Below, in pieces: positions 1 through 12,300 of a stretch of 64,000 nucleotides of DNA. The notes under the pieces are model-generated. The model did not search any database, had not been told where the DNA came from, and saw only the letters and a list, made by a program, of their open reading frames with translations. The DNA lies in NCBI GenBank assembly GCA_001724265.1, contig MEDY01000079.1, positions 62,001 through 126,000 of the forward strand. Reading direction: 5' to 3'. A program made the translations under genes and the position numbers. Source of the stretch: Rhizaria sp. SCN 62-66. Its lineage: Eukaryota. The number at the start of each line of letters is the position of its first letter. The first letter of the stretch is position 1.

Positions 1-1
1 C

Positions 2-3000
2 GAACCGCCCGCGTCGCAGCGCGGCGTGGCGCCCTTCGCGCGCCCGCCCAGCGACCTCGGCCAGCAACCTCAGCAGTCCCAGCCTCAACAACAGTTTGAC
101 TTGTTCGCTGCGCAGAACTCCCGCCCCGGCTCTGCACGCCCGCCCGCGGATAAGTCCGCCGGCGACACGTTGGCCAGAGACGAGCCCCCCGGCTCCGCGC
201 GCGCCCCCGCGTCGTCAGCGCGCCTGACCGGCCAGCCCGTCCTCATTATCGACAGCAACAACAATGACAGCAACGGCAACAACAGCAATCAGTCCGCCGG
301 ACGCGCCCCCGAGCTCCCCACTGGCGACGGCGAGGAAGAAGAGGACGGTGCCATCCCGAGCGACAACAAGCCCAGCTCCAGCGCCGGCGCCGCCTCCGAT
401 CCTGCTTCGCCCGCTTTACTCGCCGCTTCGGCTTCCGCAACAACCGCTGCTGCGACGACCGAGCCCGCGCCGGCACCGGCGCCCGCGCCTACAGCGCGCG
501 TCGCCGCGCCGGCCAAGACCAAGACCGGCGCCAAGAGCAACGGCAACGGCGGCAAGGCGGTCTCGGTGGCGTCGGCCGAGCAACTCCTCGCGCACGGCCC
601 CGTGTCGTCGGGCATGCACCGCGCGACGCTGCGCTTCACCGACCGCGCCGTCGAGGCTGGCTTCTGGTCGCACCGCCTGGAGGACCTCTCGGCGCGCCTC
701 TGGCACATCTTCTGGGCCGGGCTCCTGCTCGCCGTTGGCGTGCTAGCGTGGGATGTCGTCTTCTACCTCACGACGTGGAAGGACGCGCAGTTCTGCGGCG
801 ACCTCTTCGACCCGGCGTGCCGCTCGCTCGGCTTCCGCATCGTCGTCACAGCCTTCTTCGTCCCCGCGCTGGGCGTTGCGCTACTGCTGCACACGTCGTA
901 CGCGCGCGCGCTGTACGACCCGCTGCGCCGCCGCCACTGCCTCGCCTGCGCGCGCGCCGTGCCCGTCGACCTGGCGTTCCTCGCTCTGCTGGCCATCGCG
1001 CTCGCCGTGCTGGGCCGCACGATCTCGGACAAGTTCTCCTCGATGCCCGTCGATTACGGCGTTGTTGTGCTCATGTTCCTCTACTTCAACGTCGCCGCCG
1101 CCTACCTCGCCATGTCTTTCCCCGTCGCGCTCCTGTCTGGCTTCGTGCTCATCTGCTACATCATCCTCACGCTCGTCTTCGCGTCGCTGTCCGGCGACTT
1201 CCTGTACTCGGCCGACTACGCGCTGGCGTCGCCCCTTGCGCGCTGGTCCTCCAACTCGCTCTTCTCGCAGACGGACCGCGCACACGAGGTCGCTTGGGCG
1301 CTCTTCTGGCCCATCTGCGGCTGGTTGCTTGCCGTGTACCTCGCGCGCATGGTCGAGGTCTCGCAGCGCAAGGCCTACGCGCTGCTGCGCAACTACGCCG
1401 CGATGGTGCAGCAGCGTGTCATTGTGCAGCGCCAGCGCAACGAGCTCTGGAACGAGCTCCGCAATCTTTCCCTGCGCCGCCTTGGCGTCGACCCGGCATC
1501 CGTGGCGCGCGGCGCGGGCGCGCGGTCGCCACAGGAGATGGGCTTCGACGACGACGACGAGCTCTACGCGGCCGCGGGTGGCGGCGCGGGCGGGATCGAC
1601 TTCACGTCGCCGGCCGAGCGCGCGATGCAGCTGCTGGGCGACATCCAGGGCGACCAGTCCATCTCCAACGAGGTCCTGCTTAAGGCGCGCCAGGTCGGCG
1701 AGATCCTCATGCACCCCACGGAGCTCTTCACGCCGCCGCTCAAGTCCTCCTCGGGCCGCACCGAGGCGAACCCCGAGGTGGCGCGGTGGGTCGCCGGGCT
1801 GGTGGATCCCGCGCATAACAAGGCGGGCGCCGCGGCAGGCGGGGCCAACAACGGTGAGGACGATGAAGAGGAGCCCGCTGACGGGCTCGCCGTTCGCGGC
1901 ATTGTCGACGACGACGGCAGCGCGCTGCTTGTGCCCGCGCTCGCAGCGCGCCTTGGCGATTCCGTCACTGAGCCGGACCTCAAGTACGTCGCGCAGCAGC
2001 TCGACATGTGGGAGGGCGATATTGTGAGCGACTCGCGCGTGCTGGGCGGTGACGGACTCGTCTTTACAGGCGTCACGCTCTTCCGCAAGCATGATCTGCT
2101 GAACCGGTTCCAGATCGACCCTACCAAGCTCACGAGCTTCCTCGTGCAAATCCAGGGCTCGTACCTCGACAAGCCGTTCCACAACTCGCTGCGCGCGGCT
2201 GACGTGATGCGCAACGTGCACGTGCTGCTCACGGCCACGCCGCTAGGCGCCGTGCTGACCGACTCGTACGTGCTCGCGCTGTTCCTCGCCGCGGCCTGCA
2301 TCGATGTCGGCCACCCCGGCATCGACTCGTCGTTCCACATCGAGGCCAAGCACGAGCTCGCGCTGCTGTACAACGACAACTGCGTGCTCGAGAACTACCA
2401 CGCCGCGATGGCTTTCCGCACGCTCATGGCGCCCAAGAACAACGTGCTGTCGTCGCTGACGCGCACCGAGGCCGCGCGCGTGCGCCGCATCGTGATCGAG
2501 CTTATCCTCGCTACGGACGTGTCGGTGCACTTCGACGTGCTGGGCCAGCACAAGAGCGTTATGGCCGGCACGACCTCGGCCGCGTCCGCCAACGCCGCGG
2601 GCCCGCTGGACCCCAGCACGGTGGCCGACGCGACGGCGCACAAGATGCGCATCTCGCTGTGCAAGCTCGCGCTCAAGGCCTCCGACGTGGGGTACTTCGC
2701 CAAGCCGACGCACATCCACAACCGGTGGGCGGTGAAGCTGTACGAAGAGTACTTTAAGCAGGGCGACCAGGAGCGCAAGCGCGGGCTTGCCATCTCGCCT
2801 TTCATGGACCGCGAGACGACGTCGATCGCCGCCGCGCAGCTTGCGCTGGTCGACTACATCGTCGAGCCGCTCTACGACGCGCTTTTTTCGGCCATCGGCG
2901 AGCAGCCCCCCGAGGCTGCGGCAGAGGGCGCGCCGCCCGCGCCGGACTGCCTGGGCTACATCGCGGCTAACCGCGCGCACTGGGCGCTCAAGCTCGACGA

Positions 3001-3067
3001 GGAGAAAGCCGCACAGCGCCGCCAGGAGCAGGAGGAACAGCAGCTGCGCCAGCTCAGCAACGATTGA
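2..3067 (+). CDS. Multi-pass membrane protein with C-terminal class I cyclic-nucleotide phosphodiesterase domain (degenerate active site); 5'-partial
   Basis: Frame is open from the window edge; about 6 hydrophobic segments at ~690-1350; PDEase_I-like motifs PFHNSLRAADV, IDVGHPG, LYND.CVLENYH, ILATD, EEYFKQGDQERKRGL.ISPFMDR; ends TGA. Confidence 0.85.
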   Translation, partial: EPPASQRGVAPFARPPSDLGQQPQQSQPQQQFDLFAAQNSRPGSARPPADKSAGDTLARDEPPGSARAPASSARLTGQPVLIIDSNNNDSNGNNSNQSAGRAPELPTGDGEEEEDGAIPSDNKPSSSAGAASDPASPALLAASASATTAAATTEPAPAPAPAPTARVAAPAKTKTGAKSNGNGGKAVSVASAEQLLAHGPVSSGMHRATLRFTDRAVEAGFWSHRLEDLSARLWHIFWAGLLLAVGVLAWDVVFYLTTWKDAQFCGDLFDPACRSLGFRIVVTAFFVPALGVALLLHTSYARALYDPLRRRHCLACARAVPVDLAFLALLAIALAVLGRTISDKFSSMPVDYGVVVLMFLYFNVAAAYLAMSFPVALLSGFVLICYIILTLVFASLSGDFLYSADYALASPLARWSSNSLFSQTDRAHEVAWALFWPICGWLLAVYLARMVEVSQRKAYALLRNYAAMVQQRVIVQRQRNELWNELRNLSLRRLGVDPASVARGAGARSPQEMGFDDDDELYAAAGGGAGGIDFTSPAERAMQLLGDIQGDQSISNEVLLKARQVGEILMHPTELFTPPLKSSSGRTEANPEVARWVAGLVDPAHNKAGAAAGGANNGEDDEEEPADGLAVRGIVDDDGSALLVPALAARLGDSVTEPDLKYVAQQLDMWEGDIVSDSRVLGGDGLVFTGVTLFRKHDLLNRFQIDPTKLTSFLVQIQGSYLDKPFHNSLRAADVMRNVHVLLTATPLGAVLTDSYVLALFLAAACIDVGHPGIDSSFHIEAKHELALLYNDNCVLENYHAAMAFRTLMAPKNNVLSSLTRTEAARVRRIVIELILATDVSVHFDVLGQHKSVMAGTTSAASANAAGPLDPSTVADATAHKMRISLCKLALKASDVGYFAKPTHIHNRWAVKLYEEYFKQGDQERKRGLAISPFMDRETTSIAAAQLALVDYIVEPLYDALFSAIGEQPPEAAAEGAPPAPDCLGYIAANRAHWALKLDEEKAAQRRQEQEEQQLRQLSND

Positions 3068-3832
3068 GCACCCCTTTGAGTCCCTGCTTGATTGATTCAA
3101 TGATTGATTGATTGCGAGACCGGGCTGCTGTCAACTTTGGTCAGCGCGATGGACGGCCAACACATGTGTGATTTTACTGTCCTACTGTGCTGCAAGTCGC
3201 GTCTGATTCATGCTTTCTTCCCAGTGTGTGTTTGTTTTGTTTTGTATTTGTTCCCGTCACTCACTTCTTTGCCCGCATGGCTGGCCCCGTGCCTGCCGCG
3301 ACTTTCCTACTCACACGGAGCACTTTACCCTGTCGCCTTCACCAAGTAGGCGCGAGGCTGTGCTGCTCCTCTCGTCTCTCTATCATTGCTGCGCACAAAC
3401 ACGCGTTGCTTGCTCGTGAACTCATCTTAAGTGTTCATAGTGTGTGCATCATGTATGGACGAGGTTGATCATGTTTCGCTGCTATTTTATTTTGTGTTTT
3501 AAGTTTAACCAAGACACAATAAACCAAACATTATTTGTATTTAAATCTAGAGAAATACAAGGATACCGGCGAAGCGCCCCCCGCTGCCTGTCAGTTGTTA
3601 TTCTTGGTGACCTCACAAGTCTTGTAAGTCGTATCCGCTCTTTTGGTCAATCCATGCTAAATTCTTCTGATATTATGTTGCTTCATGTCCACACAGTTCA
3701 CGACGACGTCACACTGGGTTCAATGAAGACACAATAAAACAATATTGTTTGTATTCAAACCTAATCGAGGTCCATCTCTGCAGTAAGTTACCGGTTACTT
3801 TATAATACCAGTTACGGGCCGAGCTGCAAGGC

Positions 3833-6800
3833 TTACTCAGCCTCAGAGTCGGAGTCGTCGCCAATGGGGTCGCCCAACATTGCTGCCGGCGGGCCAACGG
3901 CGCCAGCGCGCTGCCGCAGCACGGCGGCCATCGTCAGCGCTGCGCCCCATGAAGGCACGAACACCTCTGCTGGCCGCTCCCACGCCAGTGGCGCGCCCTC
4001 GCACACAGGCTCCGAACTTGCGTTCACATTTTCGTTCTCGGAGTCGTTTTCCCCCTGTGCACCTGTCACAGTGCTAACGGTGTCAGCAGGGACATCGGTG
4101 GCATCATCCAGAGATTGTTGCACGGCGACAACATCGATTCCCGTGCCAAGGCCCTCACGCAATAGAGCGCGCGGGGCTGTTGCACGCGTGGGGCGCGGAG
4201 GCGAGCGCGGGCGCAGCACAGGCGGAACGCGCGCAACATCAGGCCGGTAGCGCAGCACGCCGTGCAGCTCGGACAGCATCGCGCGTGCGGCTGCGAGCGC
4301 CGCGGCGCCGGGCTCTGATGCGGGGAGCGGTGCTGACGGGCGCGGGCGTGCGTGCTCCCCCAGGCCCTCGAGCAGAGTGCCGCCATCTGATGAAAGTAAC
4401 ACAAAATACGATGTGTGAGAAGAGCATTGTGAGCGACGGAAAACGCGGAGAAACCAATAATAAACAAGAAAATACAGTCTCAGAGCAACAAGCATCAGAA
4501 TAGCGCAAGCGTACCAATATCACGACCCAGAGACACATTGAGGGAGCTCATGGCGCGCCCACCGAGATTGCCATTTGGAGAGACGTCGGCATCGCCGAGA
4601 GGTAGTGGCTGCGCACGTGTCGGTGCAGCCATCGCGGCCAGCGCCGCCCGGAGCGCAGCCAGCGCGACAGCGGGGACGTCCCGCGCGGCAGCCGCCGCAG
4701 CGAGGCGTTCGCACGCAGCCACCGCGGCTTCCGTGGCGGCGCGCGCGTTCGCTTCGGCAGCCGCTGCGGCGCGCGAGGCGGCGTCCGCGGCGCGCGCAGT
4801 AGCAGCGCGCGCGTAGATCATGTGGCCCTCCCAGCGCTGCTGCGCCGCAGCGGTCTGACTCACAGTCGCCAATGCGCGCACCGCGGCCGCCAGGCCGTCG
4901 TTGGCGTCAGTGGCCGCGCCCTCAACAGCGCCGACTGCTGGGCGCGCGGCGAGAGCCAGCTGCGCACCTGCAGCAAGCACCGCGGCACTGCTGCCCGTTT
5001 GCCCCTGCTCGCAAGCAGAGGCGGCAAGCGCTGCCAGCCCCGCGAAGTGCGAATCCGCGTTTTTGTCGTCATCCTCAGCGTTTAGTGGAATCGAGGGCAG
5101 CGCGGTGGCGATGCGCGTCCACAGAGATGCCGCGTCTGAGAGCAAGCGCAGCGCATCGGTCCGCGGCGCGGGCTCTGCGCCTGCGCACATGGCCGCTGCC
5201 TCACAGCCACCAGCGGCGGATACTAGGGCCGCCGAGCCCACGCCGCGCACGGCGATGCGCAGCGCGCTGGCCCGCGTGTGCGCGCAACGGAACGGCGCCT
5301 CGAGCGCGGGGCCCGCGACGGCGGCCGCGGCGCGCGGGACGTCCTGCCACAGCGCACGTACAGCCGAAAACAGACCCAACTGCATGTGCGCGCCGTCAGC
5401 GCCCATTAGCGCGGCGGCCGCGGCGTCGGCAGCGTCGGCAGCACGTGCAAGCGTGTCTGCGAGCGCAGAGGCGTGCGCGGCGCGGTGTGCGGCGAAGGCC
5501 AATACAGCCGTGTGGGCGCGCCGCAGCGTCGCATGCGCGCCTGCCGTCGCCGTCGCAGCGCCGCGTGGGTCACTTGTCGTGCGAGGCGCGGGTTCCCCAC
5601 TGTGACTCACAGACGCAGACGCGAGCCCTGAAGCGGCGGCAGCGGCGCCCAGCGCGAAGGCAGTCTTGTCGAGGTAGGCGGTAGCCGCGGCGGCCAGCGC
5701 GCACGGAGAGCGGTCCGACAGCAAACCACCCACCGACCGCAAAGAGTCAATGAAGTCCTCGCTGGTGTCCCTGTCAGATCCAGTGTTGACGTTTGCGCCG
5801 TTTGCGCCGTTTGCGCAGGAAGCGTCGTTTGCGCCGTTGTCGGTGTCGTTGTCGGCCCAGCGCAGTGGCGCACGCGGGGCGGCCGCGAGGTGCGCGCGCC
5901 ACAGCGGGGCGTTAAGCGCGGCGGGCAGCACTGGCGCGACTGCCGAGCTCGCGGTGGCACCAAGGCGCTGTGGCAGTGGCGGGAGCGGCGGGAGTGCAGT
6001 GGGGGCGAGCGCGTAGCCCTGGCCCACCAGTAGCGCGCGCGCCAGGTGGGCCGTGGCGGCTGCGGCAGCCTCGTGCAGCGCGCCAAGCGGCGCCAGCAGC
6101 ACCGCCAGCGTCGACACAGCAGCAGCGGGCTAACTCGATGTCGATGTCGATGACGATGACGATGCTGCTGCTAGAGATAAGCGGGGGGGTGATAGGAGCG
6201 CTTGAGCAGGGTTTGGGGCGCGCAGGCATAGCACCAATACAGCGAGACGCGGAAGTGCTGTGGCAAGTGCGGCGGCGCCCAGTAGCGCGGGACCAATGAC
6301 GGCGGGACGCCAGAGCCTTGGATGAAGTTCTGTAGGCAATGCTTGCGACACTGGCGCCACGGCAGCGGCAAGCGCGGCGGCGAGCAGCGATCCGCCAAGC
6401 AGCGCCACACACACGCAGGCGGCGCACGCAGCGGTGACGAGCAGCCGGTCAGCCTTGTCGCGCGGGCCATCTGCGGCCGGGGCCGACTCTGCGACAGCGG
6501 GCGCATTCGTCGCATCGAGGGACAGCGACCGTGCGTGCTGCGACAGGGCGCGGGCTGCAGTGCGGAGCGGGCCGCTCGCAGCGCGCCGCGCCGCAAGGGC
6601 AACAGATTCAGGCAGCACAAGAAACGTGCGCGAAAGGTACCCACGTGAACTGAGTGCGTTTGCCGACTTGGATGTGTCGTTGTTTGCTGTCGACTTTGGT
6701 GTGCTGGACGGGTCTTCGTCTGCTCCAGAGGCCGGGTTTGACGCAGAGTGGGTTTCAGCCAACGCGGCACGCAACGACAGACCGGGAATCAGCGCACGTG

Positions 6801-7029
6801 GGCCGTACGTAAGTTTAGTTGGTTGAGCAGTTGATATACTAGCCCCATCGATGGCACTTGCAGCCGCCACAGCGTTAGGAGTTGAACCTACGCAAGGTGA
6901 AAAAGTGGGTGGAGTGAGATAATCGAAGATACCCGAACATAAAATAAACGAGACCTAAATATAATACGTACTCGGTATCTGTTTACTGGCTGGGAATCCG
7001 GCAGGTCGCCCAATGCTGATGCGGGGCAT
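3833..7029 (-). CDS. Hypothetical Ala-rich protein with hydrophobic segments, ~990 aa, 3 exons (7029-6972, 6887-4515, 4386-3833), in-frame TAG at 6132-6130
   Basis: ATG 7029; GTACGT..TAG and GTACGC..CAG introns keep the frame; ORFs 6130..6870, 4495..6117 and 3833..4495 join into one frame if the TAG is read; ends TAA. Confidence 0.6.
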
Positions 7030-7240
7030 GTGATAAGTATGCGAAGTGGGCAATGAACACTGACGTGCGGTGCTCCACGTTTTGAGCGACTCGTGTTACG
7101 ACGCTTAGCACAAGTGTTTGATCGTCAAATCGGACTCTGACAAGTTACGGAAACGAAGCTTATCTCGATTCGTTTGAGTTCAAATTAGCAGACCAGGGGG
7201 TGCGATCTAAGTCTATATTTACTCGACGCAGTTCGGGTGA

Positions 7241-8938
7241 ATGTCCAAGAGGGAAACATCGTACGGCCTCTTGGCTGACGAGCATGAAACCTATGGAACC
7301 GAAAGCGGTACGTGACAGTAACACGATATTATTCCCGAGTTTTTCGAACTCCAACATTGCATTTTTCTTAATCCACCATGTTTTACTTTGTGAACCCTTT
7401 TTGTAACTCACTGCGCAGGTGTTGTCTACGCGGCTCCTGACTACCGAAAAGACGACGTCGTCCGCGGAGTCCCCAACGTGCACAGCCTGAACGTGTCCCC
7501 AGTGGGCGCCGACGACTTTGTCGATGACGACGAAGGCGACGCCGCTGCCGCAGCCCTCTCAGACACACCCCCGACGTTTCCGTCGCTGATCTACATCCCG
7601 TCGTGGCCTTTCCTGCTCTTGTTCGCGCTCTTCGTAACGCTGGTGGCGTTGTCCTACACCGTGCTGCGGCCCTTCATCGAGGATGAGCTGGGCGTGGACA
7701 TGTGCGTCGTTACCGAGGTCGGCTCGCTGCCGCTGATCAGCATCGCCTTCACGTACGTGCACGTGTACTTTGCGCTGTGGCTGACCTTCTACCCCGTCGC
7801 CTACGTCGGCTGCCTCCGCATCCCCGGCACCAACGTCGGGCTTGGCTGGCAGGGCGTCGTGCCCTTCAAGGCGCCACAGCTGGCGCAGCGCGCGCTGGAC
7901 CTTATGACGCGCCGACTTATCCGCGTCGACGAGATGTTCGCGCGTGTCGACCCCGCCTAGGTCTCCGCGACGCTGGCGCCGCTGGTCAAGCCCGTCGTCG
8001 CCGACGCCGCGCGCACTGCCGCGCGTCGCGTCGCGCCCACACTCTGGGCCGCACTGCCCGAGGACGCGCGCGCTGAGGTCTGCGCGCGCGCGGCGGCCGA
8101 GGCGCCCGCGATTGTCGAGGCCTTCTTCCACGAGCTGCGCCGTGACGTGCGCGTCGTGTTCGATCTCGACGCATACTTCGTCGGCGCTATGGTGCGCGAC
8201 AAGGAGCTACTGAACCAGATCTTCATCCGATGTGGCCACCGCGAGCTTCGCGTTATCCGCAGCCTTGGCGCCTGGCTGGGCGGCTTCTTCGGACTGCTGC
8301 AGGCCATTCTGTACGTCTTCTACGATTCGTTCTGGGTGCTGCCTGTATCGGGGCTGATCGTCGGCTGCTTCACCAACTGGCTCGCGCTCAAGGTGATCTT
8401 TGCGCCCGTGGACCCCGTGCCACTGTGCGGCGGCTGCTGTGTGCTGCACGGGCTCTTCCTGGCGCGGCAGAAGGGCGTCGCGGCCGAGTACGGCCGCACA
8501 GTCGCCGGTGAGGTGCTCACGGCGCGCAACATCACTGGCGCCATGCTGACCGGCCCGCGCGCCGCCGCGCTGCACGCCATCCTTGCGCGCCACTGCGCCG
8601 CCGCTGTCGACGCCACGCTCGCCAAGAGCGCGCAGCTCCACGCGCTCGTCGCCTCCGCCGCTGGGCCCGGGCCGGCGGCGGAGGTCGCGGCTGTGGTGAC
8701 TGAGGCTGTGGCGACCGCGCTGCCCGAGCTGCTCCGCGAGCTGTGCCCGCTGCTCGACCGCTCGCTGCAGATCGAGCGCACGCTGCGGCAGCGGCTCGGC
8801 GCGCTGAGCTCGCGCGAGTTCGAGCGCATGCTGCACCCCGTCTTTGAGGAGGACGAGTGGAAACTTGTGCTGCTCGGCGGCGTCCTCGCCGTCGGCATCG
8901 GCATCCTCCAGACCACGCTCATCAACACTGGCTGCTGA
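7241..8938 (+). CDS. DUF445-like membrane protein, 2 exons (7241-7307, 7419-8938), in-frame TAG at 7958-7960
   Basis: Motifs LGWQGVVPFKA, EMFARVDP, PTLWAALP, TNWLALKVIF.P, LSSREFERMLHPVFEEDEWKLVLLGG; ORFs 7478..7960 and 8147..8938 share a frame with only one TAG between them. Confidence 0.8.
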
Positions 8939-9301
8939 TGAGCGAGCAGACGCGCGCGTAGTCATGCGCTATGTCTTGTCACGGTTTGCTTCTGACAGTG
9001 CTGTGTGCACCCGATCATAGGCTGATATCGAGTTGTTTTGTCCGATAAATATCGAGTGTCTATTATAGTTTCCCTGGCAAACAATCATCCAGGTTTGTCC
9101 GCACAGCGTTCGCGGTGAGGCTCAGCGTTGAGTCAACGTTTATCTAGTATTCAAGTTCGGAGAACAGTTGTAGTGCGATCATTCAAATTTTTACTTAAGC
9201 TTAATATCCTTTAATACAGTGTTATTACATCGTTGCAACGTCCTCGTGTTATCAAATCTATACATGTTGTTCGATTTATCTTCATGATAATCATTTTTAT
9301 C

Positions 9302-12300
9302 TTAAAGCGGCACGGCCTTGTGCGCGCGCATCGCGGCCGAGGCGTGGAGCTCGTTGTAGCAGTCGTTGACCATACAGTAGTGCTCGTTACACTCTGCGCA
9401 GAACACCTCCGCTTCGGCCTCCTCGCAGAGCTGACACATCGGTCGCGCCTTCTTCGCCGCAGCCTCCGCCGGTGCAGCGGTAGCAGCGGGCCTGGCTGCG
9501 GCAGCGGGCTTCACGGCCGGCGCGGGCGTGGGCGTCGGCGGCGTGGCAGGTGCAGCTGCAGACGCGGCACCGCCACCGGAGTGCTCGGCCCAAGAGACGC
9601 GCTTGTGCGTCTTAGTGGCGTTACCCTGGTGCATCTCCGAGTCGCAGCCGTTGGTCGTGCAGTACGCTTGCTGGCACGACGTGCACCAGACCGCCGCAAC
9701 CTCCTCCTCACACAGCTGGCACATCGGCGCCGGCGCGGCGGCCTTGGCGGCCGCGGGCGCGGCGGCAGCAGCAGCGGCGGCGGGTGGACTGGCGGCGCGC
9801 GAGGGCACGCCCGGCGTGGCCGCGCGCGACGGCAGCGCCGAGTCGACCGTGGCGCCCGCCAGCGGCGACTGCGCAAGCGGCACGCGGCGGTGCGTCGACG
9901 AGCTCTTGTGCATTTCGGTGTCGCACATCGGGCAGAAGTAGTCTTTGCACTGCGCGCAGTACAGCGTCGCGTCGGCTTCTTCGCAAAACGTGCACAGCGG
10001 AGCCTTGATGCCGCCACCGTCGCCAGCGCTTGCATCGGCAGCATCGGCAGCAGCGGCAGCAGCGGCGGCGGCTTCAGCTTCAGCCCGTGCCTCTTCTTCC
10101 TCCGCCTTGGCGCGCGCAGCCTCCGCCTTGCGCTTCACCTCCTCGGCGCGTGCAACGGCCTCATCGCGCAAGCGCTGTGCCTCCGCTTCCGCGGCCTTCT
10201 CCACAGCGGCCTCGTCGGCCTTCGCCTTGGCCTCGGCAGCGGCCTTGGCCTCGGCCGCGGCTTTTGCGTCAGCTGCTGCTTTGGTGTCCGCCGCAGCTTT
10301 CGCCTCGGCAGCAGCTTGGGCGTCCGCAGCAGCCTTCGCGTCCGCAGCAGCCTTCGCGGCAGCGGCCGCCTTAGCATCCGCGGCTGCTTTAGCATCGGCC
10401 ACAACCTTTGCTTCAGCAGCTGCCTTAGCGTCTGCAGCAGCCTTGGCCTCAGCCGCAGCGCGGACGGCAGCCGCAGCCATTGCATCTGCTGCAGCCTTGG
10501 CATCAGCAGCGGCCCTCACGTCGACAGCAGCCTGAGCCTCCGCAGCTGTTGCGGCTGCTGCGGCGGCAGCCTGGTTCTGGCGGTCGCGCTCCGCGGCCTC
10601 GTCCGCCTCTCTCTGCGCCGCGGCCACCGCTTCTGCCGCCGCGACGGCCGCTGCCGACAGCGCGGGCACAGGCACGCGCGGCGCCGCCACGGGCGCAGGC
10701 ACATCGTCGTCATCGCCGTCAGCGTCGGCCGCGGCGTCGGCCACGAACGCAATGCCGCGCGTCGCCGCGGGGGCCGGCGCAGGCGACGCCGCGTGTGCAT
10801 AGGGCGTTTGTGCGTACGGCGCGTGCGTTGCTAACACGGGCGTGTGCGCGTGGGAAACGTACTCCGAGCGGTGCGTCTCGGCAAGCGTCACCACGGGTGG
10901 AGCCATCGCGGTCAGCGACGCTGTCGCATACGCGGGCGCCGGAACGCGCGTTAACTGGCTCGCAGCGGCGGATGCAGCCACCGGCAAAGTGTGCGAGTGT
11001 GCCGGTGTGGCCGCCGCTGCCGCGCCGCCGCGCATGAGCGTCTCGACAAGCGTTTGCGAGCGCACGACCTCGCGCTCCAGCGCGGCAATGCGGGCGGCCT
11101 GCTCGGCCGACGCTGCTGCGTGCGCCGCGGCCACGGCTGCCTGCGCCGCAGCGGCCTGCTCTGTCACCACGACCACCTGCTCCTGCGCGGCTGCCGCGGC
11201 GGCCGTGGCGGCAACTGCGCGCTCCTGCTCGCGCGCGCGCTGCTCGATCACGGCCGCCGTAAGCACTTGCCGCGACACGCTGCCGCTGCCGGCTCCGGTC
11301 AGCGTTCCACCAGGCTGCGTCGCGCCCGCGCCCGCGCCAGCGCCTGCGCCTGGGGACCCGCCCGCGCCGCCGCCGCGCCGCTGCGCCGCCGCCCAGCCGG
11401 GCCCCGCGGCCCAGCCGTGCGATGTAGGCGACCCCGCGCCGGGCGCGCGCGCGCCGCCACGGCCGCGTCGCGGGACCAGTCCACTGCCGCGCGGTCGCGC
11501 GTTTGCGGGCGAGATAGCGCTGACGGGGGCGGGCGTGACGGGCGGCACGGGCGTGCGCTGCACCGGCGTCTGCGACTGCGCCTGCGAAGACGCGGGCGCG
11601 GGCGTGGCGGGCGCGGGCGAGAGCGGTGCGCGCAGCGACGGCGCGGGAGACAGCCGCATGGGCGACAGCGTGTGCGCGCGCGTCGACGCGGGGCCGCTGC
11701 GCAGGCCGCTACCAGTCGCGCTCGAGCGCGGCAACAGCGTGCCGCGCGCCAGGAAGGGCGACGCGGCCGCAAGCGCGAGCGGAGACGTGCCCGGTGGCAG
11801 TGTCGCATAGAGCGGCGCGCGCGGCGGCGTGCCAAACGCGGGCGCGGCGTCGAAGTCCGCGCTCAGGTCTTTGGCTGCCGCGCTGGCGCCCGGTCTCGCG
11901 CCCAGGCTGCCGCGTGGCGACGCGCCGCGCTCCGCGGCTGCGTCGGCATGGTCCTCGTGCTCGTGCTCGAACGACGTATCGGCGGTTGCGGCGGCCGCTG
12001 CGTCATCCTCGTCGCTCTCGCGCTGTGTCGGGCTGGGCACGCGCAGCGGACTGCGGTCGCCGCGCGAGTGCGGGTGCGGGTGCAAGTCGCGGGCCGAAGA
12101 CGGCCGCGGCGACTGCGCGAGCCGCGGCGAGAGCGCGAGCGCGATGTCGCGGATCGCAAGCACCGCGTCCTTGAGCGCCTCTGTCGCCGCTGTAGTGCTG
12201 TCAGGCACGCTAGGCGCGGACGCCGCAGCGGGCGCTGTCGTGGAGGCCGAGGACGGAGTCACCGGGACAAGCGCGTGCTCCGCCGCAGCGTCATTACGCG

